From: an uncultured delta proteobacterium
GTDB taxonomy: Bacteria > Myxococcota_A > Polyangia > Polyangiales > Polyangiaceae
NCBI GenBank assembly: GCA_903893335.1
Contig: CAITLX010000648.1
Span: 1 to 33,716, forward strand
Length of the DNA stretch: 33,716 bases
Reading direction: 5' to 3'
Made by a program: the position numbers and the translations under genes. Each line of letters starts with the position of its first letter. Positions within the stretch are counted from its first letter, which is position 1. A model generated the notes under the pieces. It did not search any database. It worked only from the letters and a program-made list of their open reading frames with translations, and was not told where the DNA came from. This document shows, piece by piece, positions 31,109-33,716 of the stretch.

Positions 31109-32370
31109 CCGAGGGACCGCCGCGCGAGCGGCGCGACCGGCGGGCGCTCAGCCACGTCGGCGGCGCGGTCGAGCTACGGGGCCCCGACACGACGCTCGGG
31201 CCGGCGCTCGCGCACGCGCTCGACGTGACGCCCGACGAGGAGGCCACGCGCGCGCACGTGCACGGCTTCCACAGCTATCCGGCGCGCCTGCACCCGTTCA
31301 CCGCGCGGCGCCTCGTCGAGGCGCTCGCCGCGCCCGGCGCGACGGTGCTCGACCCCTTCTGCGGCAGCGGCACGGTGCTCGTCGAGGCGAGGCTCGCGGG
31401 GCGCCGGGCCATCGGCACCGACGCGAACCCGCTCGCCGTCGAGCTCGCGTGGCTCAAGGTGCGCGGCTCCTCCGCGACCGAGCGCGCCGCGCTCTCGCGC
31501 GCCGCCGAGCAGGTCGCCGAGGCCGCCGAGGCGCGTCGCCTCGCGCGCGCGGGCGCCACCCACCGCTACCCGCCCGACGACGTCGAGCTGTTCGACCCGC
31601 ACGTGCTGCTCGAGCTCGACGGGCTGCGCGCCGCGATCGGGCAGTGCGAGGGGCGCGCGACGGCGAACACGCTCGCGCTCGTGCTCTCGTCGATCCTCGT
31701 CAAGGTCAGCCGCAAGGGGGGCGACACCGGCCTCGACCAGGGGCCGCGCCGCCTCGCCTCGGGGTCGACCATCCGCCTCTTCCGCGCGAAGGCCAGCGAG
31801 CTCGCGTCGCGGCTGCACGCCTTCGCAGACGCGCTTCCCCCCCTCGCCCCCGAGCCCGCCGTGCACCTCGCCGACGCGCGCGCGCTGCCGCTCGACGACG
31901 GCTCGGTCGACGCCGTCGTCACCTCGCCCCCCTACCCCGGCAACTACGACTACCTCGCGCACCACGCGGTGCGCCTGCGCTGGCTCGGGATGCCCGCCGA
32001 GGGCTTCGACCGCGCCGAGATCGGCGCGCGACGGCGCCTCGACCCGCTCGGGCCCGAGGCCGCGGTCGCCGCGTGGCGGCGCGAGTTCGGCGACGTGCTC
32101 GGTGAGCTTGCGCGCGTGCTCGTGCCGCGCGGCGCCGCGGCGATCGTCACCGCAGACACGGTGGTCGCGGGGCGCCCGCTCGACGCCGCCGCCCTGCTCG
32201 TCGCCCTCGCCCCCACCTGCGGCTTCGAGGTCGCAGCCATCGCGTCGCAGCCGCGACCGCATTTCCACGCGCCCACCTCGCGCGCGTTCGACCGCATGCC
32301 CCGCCGCGAGCACGTCGTCATCGTGCGTCGCCCCCGCGTGCGCACCGGAGCGCGTCGCCTGGCGCGCTGA
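31105..32370 (+). CDS. Orphan amino-methyltransferase (N6-adenine/N4-cytosine DNA, or RNA m2G-type) with motif I before motif IV; start uncertain
   Basis: Motif I VLDPFCGSGTVLVEARLAGRRAIGTDANP (DPFCGSGT at 31351-31374), preceded by HSYPARLHPFTARRLV. Motif IV VVTSPPYPGNYDY (SPPY at 31924-31935). Candidate starts are the TTG at 31105 and the GTGs at 31225 and 31258. Confidence 0.75.
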   Translation: MTEGPPRERRDRRALSHVGGAVELRGPDTTLGPALAHALDVTPDEEATRAHVHGFHSYPARLHPFTARRLVEALAAPGATVLDPFCGSGTVLVEARLAGRRAIGTDANPLAVELAWLKVRGSSATERAALSRAAEQVAEAAEARRLARAGATHRYPPDDVELFDPHVLLELDGLRAAIGQCEGRATANTLALVLSSILVKVSRKGGDTGLDQGPRRLASGSTIRLFRAKASELASRLHAFADALPPLAPEPAVHLADARALPLDDGSVDAVVTSPPYPGNYDYLAHHAVRLRWLGMPAEGFDRAEIGARRRLDPLGPEAAVAAWRREFGDVLGELARVLVPRGAAAIVTADTVVAGRPLDAAALLVALAPTCGFEVAAIASQPRPHFHAPTSRAFDRMPRREHVVIVRRPRVRTGARRLAR

Positions 32371-32561
32371 CGGCCGCTCGCTCGCAGCCGCGTAACACGC
32401 TTCTCGGACAGCCCGCGACCGCGAAGCCGCGTTCGCACCTGGGCGCCCGACGCGCTGTCTCTTCCGCGAGATTGCTCATGATTTCGCGCGCGGGCTGGGT
32501 CCGTTCGCACGGCACGATCGTCGCACCCCGACGGCGCACCCGGCGTCACTCCTTCGTGACG

Positions 32562-32591
32562 TTGACGAGACGCCCTCGCCGTTCGTACGTT
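32562..32591 (+). promoter_or_regulatory. Possible promoter TTGACG-N18-TACGTT upstream of the PAP2-like gene
   Basis: TTGACG at 32562-32567 and TACGTT at 32586-32591. The ATG at 32611 has no clear Shine-Dalgarno sequence. Confidence 0.2.
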
Positions 32592-32610
32592 GCGCGCCGC
32601 CGACTCCCCC

Positions 32611-33633
32611 ATGGCCCAGGACCACGCCTTCGAGCGCCGCGAGGCGACCCCGCGAGACCGCCCCACCCCGGCGGGCGTCGCGGGCTGGGCGCTGCAGGTG
32701 CTGCGCGAGCTCGCGCTGCAAGACTGGGTCGTGCTCGCCTACCTCGGCGTGCTCACGCTCGCCGCGGCGGCCGCGACCACGACGACGAGCACGCGCGCCG
32801 ACGTCACGGCGCGCACGGGCGTCTGGTTCCTGCTCTGGTGCGCGACGCTCGCCGTGGTGCGGGGGCGGCTGCTGCCCGGGCGGTTCATCTCGCCGCTCGC
32901 CTACCGCGTGGTCATCTTCACGAGCATCCAGGGCTCGTACCTCGTGCTGCGCGACCTGCTGCCGCTGGTGAACCCCGGCTCGCTCGACGCCGAGCTGCTG
33001 CGCTTCGACCTCGCCGTGTTCCGCTTCGAGCCGGCGCTCGTGCTCGACCGCTACGTGACGCCGGCCTCCGCGGGCTGGTTCGCGTTCTTCTACTTCGGCT
33101 ACTTCCTGCTGCTGGCGGTGCACATCTTCCCGCTCGTGCTGCTCGGGCGCGACCACCGGCTGCTGTCGGAGTTCGCGCTCGGCATGCTGGTGCTCTACTG
33201 CGGCGCGCAGGCGACCTACATGCTCGTGCCGGGCTACGGGCCCGTCCACCACCTCGCCGGGCAGTTCGAGCACCCGCTCCCCTACGGCTATTTCCAGCGC
33301 GTGGTGGTCGAGGCCGTCGAGCAGAGCGGCGCCAAGAAGGACATCTTCCCCTCGCTGCACACCGGCGGCCCCGTCTTCCTCACGCTGTTCTCGTGGCGCC
33401 ACCGGCGCGAGCTACCGTTCCGCTGGACGTGGCTGCCGACGGCCTTCTTCGCGGCCAACATCGTGGGGGCCACGCTCTTCTTGCGCTGGCACTGGCTCAT
33501 CGACGTCGTCGCCGGCGTCGCCGCGGCCGCGGCAGCGTCCGCCCTCGCCGCCCACTATGCCCCGCGCGAGGCCGAGATGCGCGCCGAGCGCGGGCTCGCG
33601 CCCGTCTGGCCGCCGATGCTGCGCGAGAGGTGA
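32611..33633 (+). CDS. PAP2_C / lipid phosphate transferase family membrane protein (sphingomyelin/IPC-synthase-like H-H-D motifs; 340 aa)
   Basis: ATG at 32611 (the track TTG at 32590 adds 7 aa). About 6 TM helices. Motifs FPSLHTGGP and LRWHWLIDVVAGVAA match the SGH and H-x3-D blocks of PAP2_C-type transferases. Confidence 0.85.
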   Translation: MAQDHAFERREATPRDRPTPAGVAGWALQVLRELALQDWVVLAYLGVLTLAAAAATTTTSTRADVTARTGVWFLLWCATLAVVRGRLLPGRFISPLAYRVVIFTSIQGSYLVLRDLLPLVNPGSLDAELLRFDLAVFRFEPALVLDRYVTPASAGWFAFFYFGYFLLLAVHIFPLVLLGRDHRLLSEFALGMLVLYCGAQATYMLVPGYGPVHHLAGQFEHPLPYGYFQRVVVEAVEQSGAKKDIFPSLHTGGPVFLTLFSWRHRRELPFRWTWLPTAFFAANIVGATLFLRWHWLIDVVAGVAAAAAASALAAHYAPREAEMRAERGLAPVWPPMLRER

Positions 33634-33716
33634 CCCTCTCGTCCGAGCCCCCGCCGAGCCAGCGGACAGCCGCGCGCGGCGTGGTAACGTCCGCGCCGCG
33701 ATGAAGCTCGCCTCCC

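Noticed and set aside
31105-32370. Restriction-modification or other defence system around the methyltransferase
   Set aside because: The window contains no nuclease, specificity, helicase or ATPase partner. The flanking genes are purQ and a lipid-transferase-like gene.
32318-32539. 73-aa minus-strand ORF in the methylase/PAP2 intergenic region
   Set aside because: It overlaps the methylase 3' end, has an Arg/Cys/Ala-rich implausible sequence, and has no ribosome-binding site.
33701-33716. ATG AAG CTC GCC TCC at the extreme 3' edge as the start of a further gene
   Set aside because: Only five codons are visible, which is too little to support a call.

Overview
Very GC-rich (by eye above 70% G+C), densely coding chromosomal DNA. 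Gene content suggests Myxococcota: an AgmX/PglI-like lipoprotein, a Cys-rich lipoprotein with a DNDCNG motif and a sigma-54-like promoter; this assignment is inference only. The six-frame track is full of long Arg/Ala/Pro-rich shadow ORFs. I kept only frames with protein-like composition, family motifs, third-position G/C bias and sensible start and stop junctions. I support about 28 CDSs. (1) A tightly packed minus-strand operon at 125-6848 encodes an extended SDR, a DegT/ArnB-type aminotransferase, an ArnC/GtrB-type GT2, an ATP-grasp ligase, a SAM methyltransferase and a 516-aa polytopic membrane protein. A nucleotidyltransferase-like/LbH gene lies divergently at 7045-8049. (2) A Trp-rich orphan protein sits behind a sigma-54-like promoter. 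It is followed by a tandem-rhodanese sulfurtransferase, an orphan RnfD/NqrB-like membrane protein, a membrane-anchored SGNH hydrolase and a small 4-TM protein. (3) Next come a small basic ORF, rpsT with an AKP-repeat tail, acs and an orphan TolC-like gene. (4) The sbp-cysT-cysW-cysA sulfate transporter is followed without clear punctuation by a secreted barrel-like protein and an ACAD-lipoprotein-ACAD trio. (5) A minus-strand pair encodes a Cys-rich lipoprotein and a CHASE3/HAMP/GAF/PAS hybrid histidine kinase with two receivers. (6) purQ, a small ORF, an orphan amino-methyltransferase and a PAP2_C / sphingolipid-synthase-like membrane protein close the window. I saw no rRNA, tRNA, CRISPR array, transposase or integrase. 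The best candidate for an undescribed system is the Arn-like lipid-carrier aminosugar operon, in which an ATP-grasp ligase and a methyltransferase take the place of the formyltransferase/deformylase steps and an unclassified polytopic protein is the presumed terminal transferase. All functions come from motifs read by eye. No database search was run.
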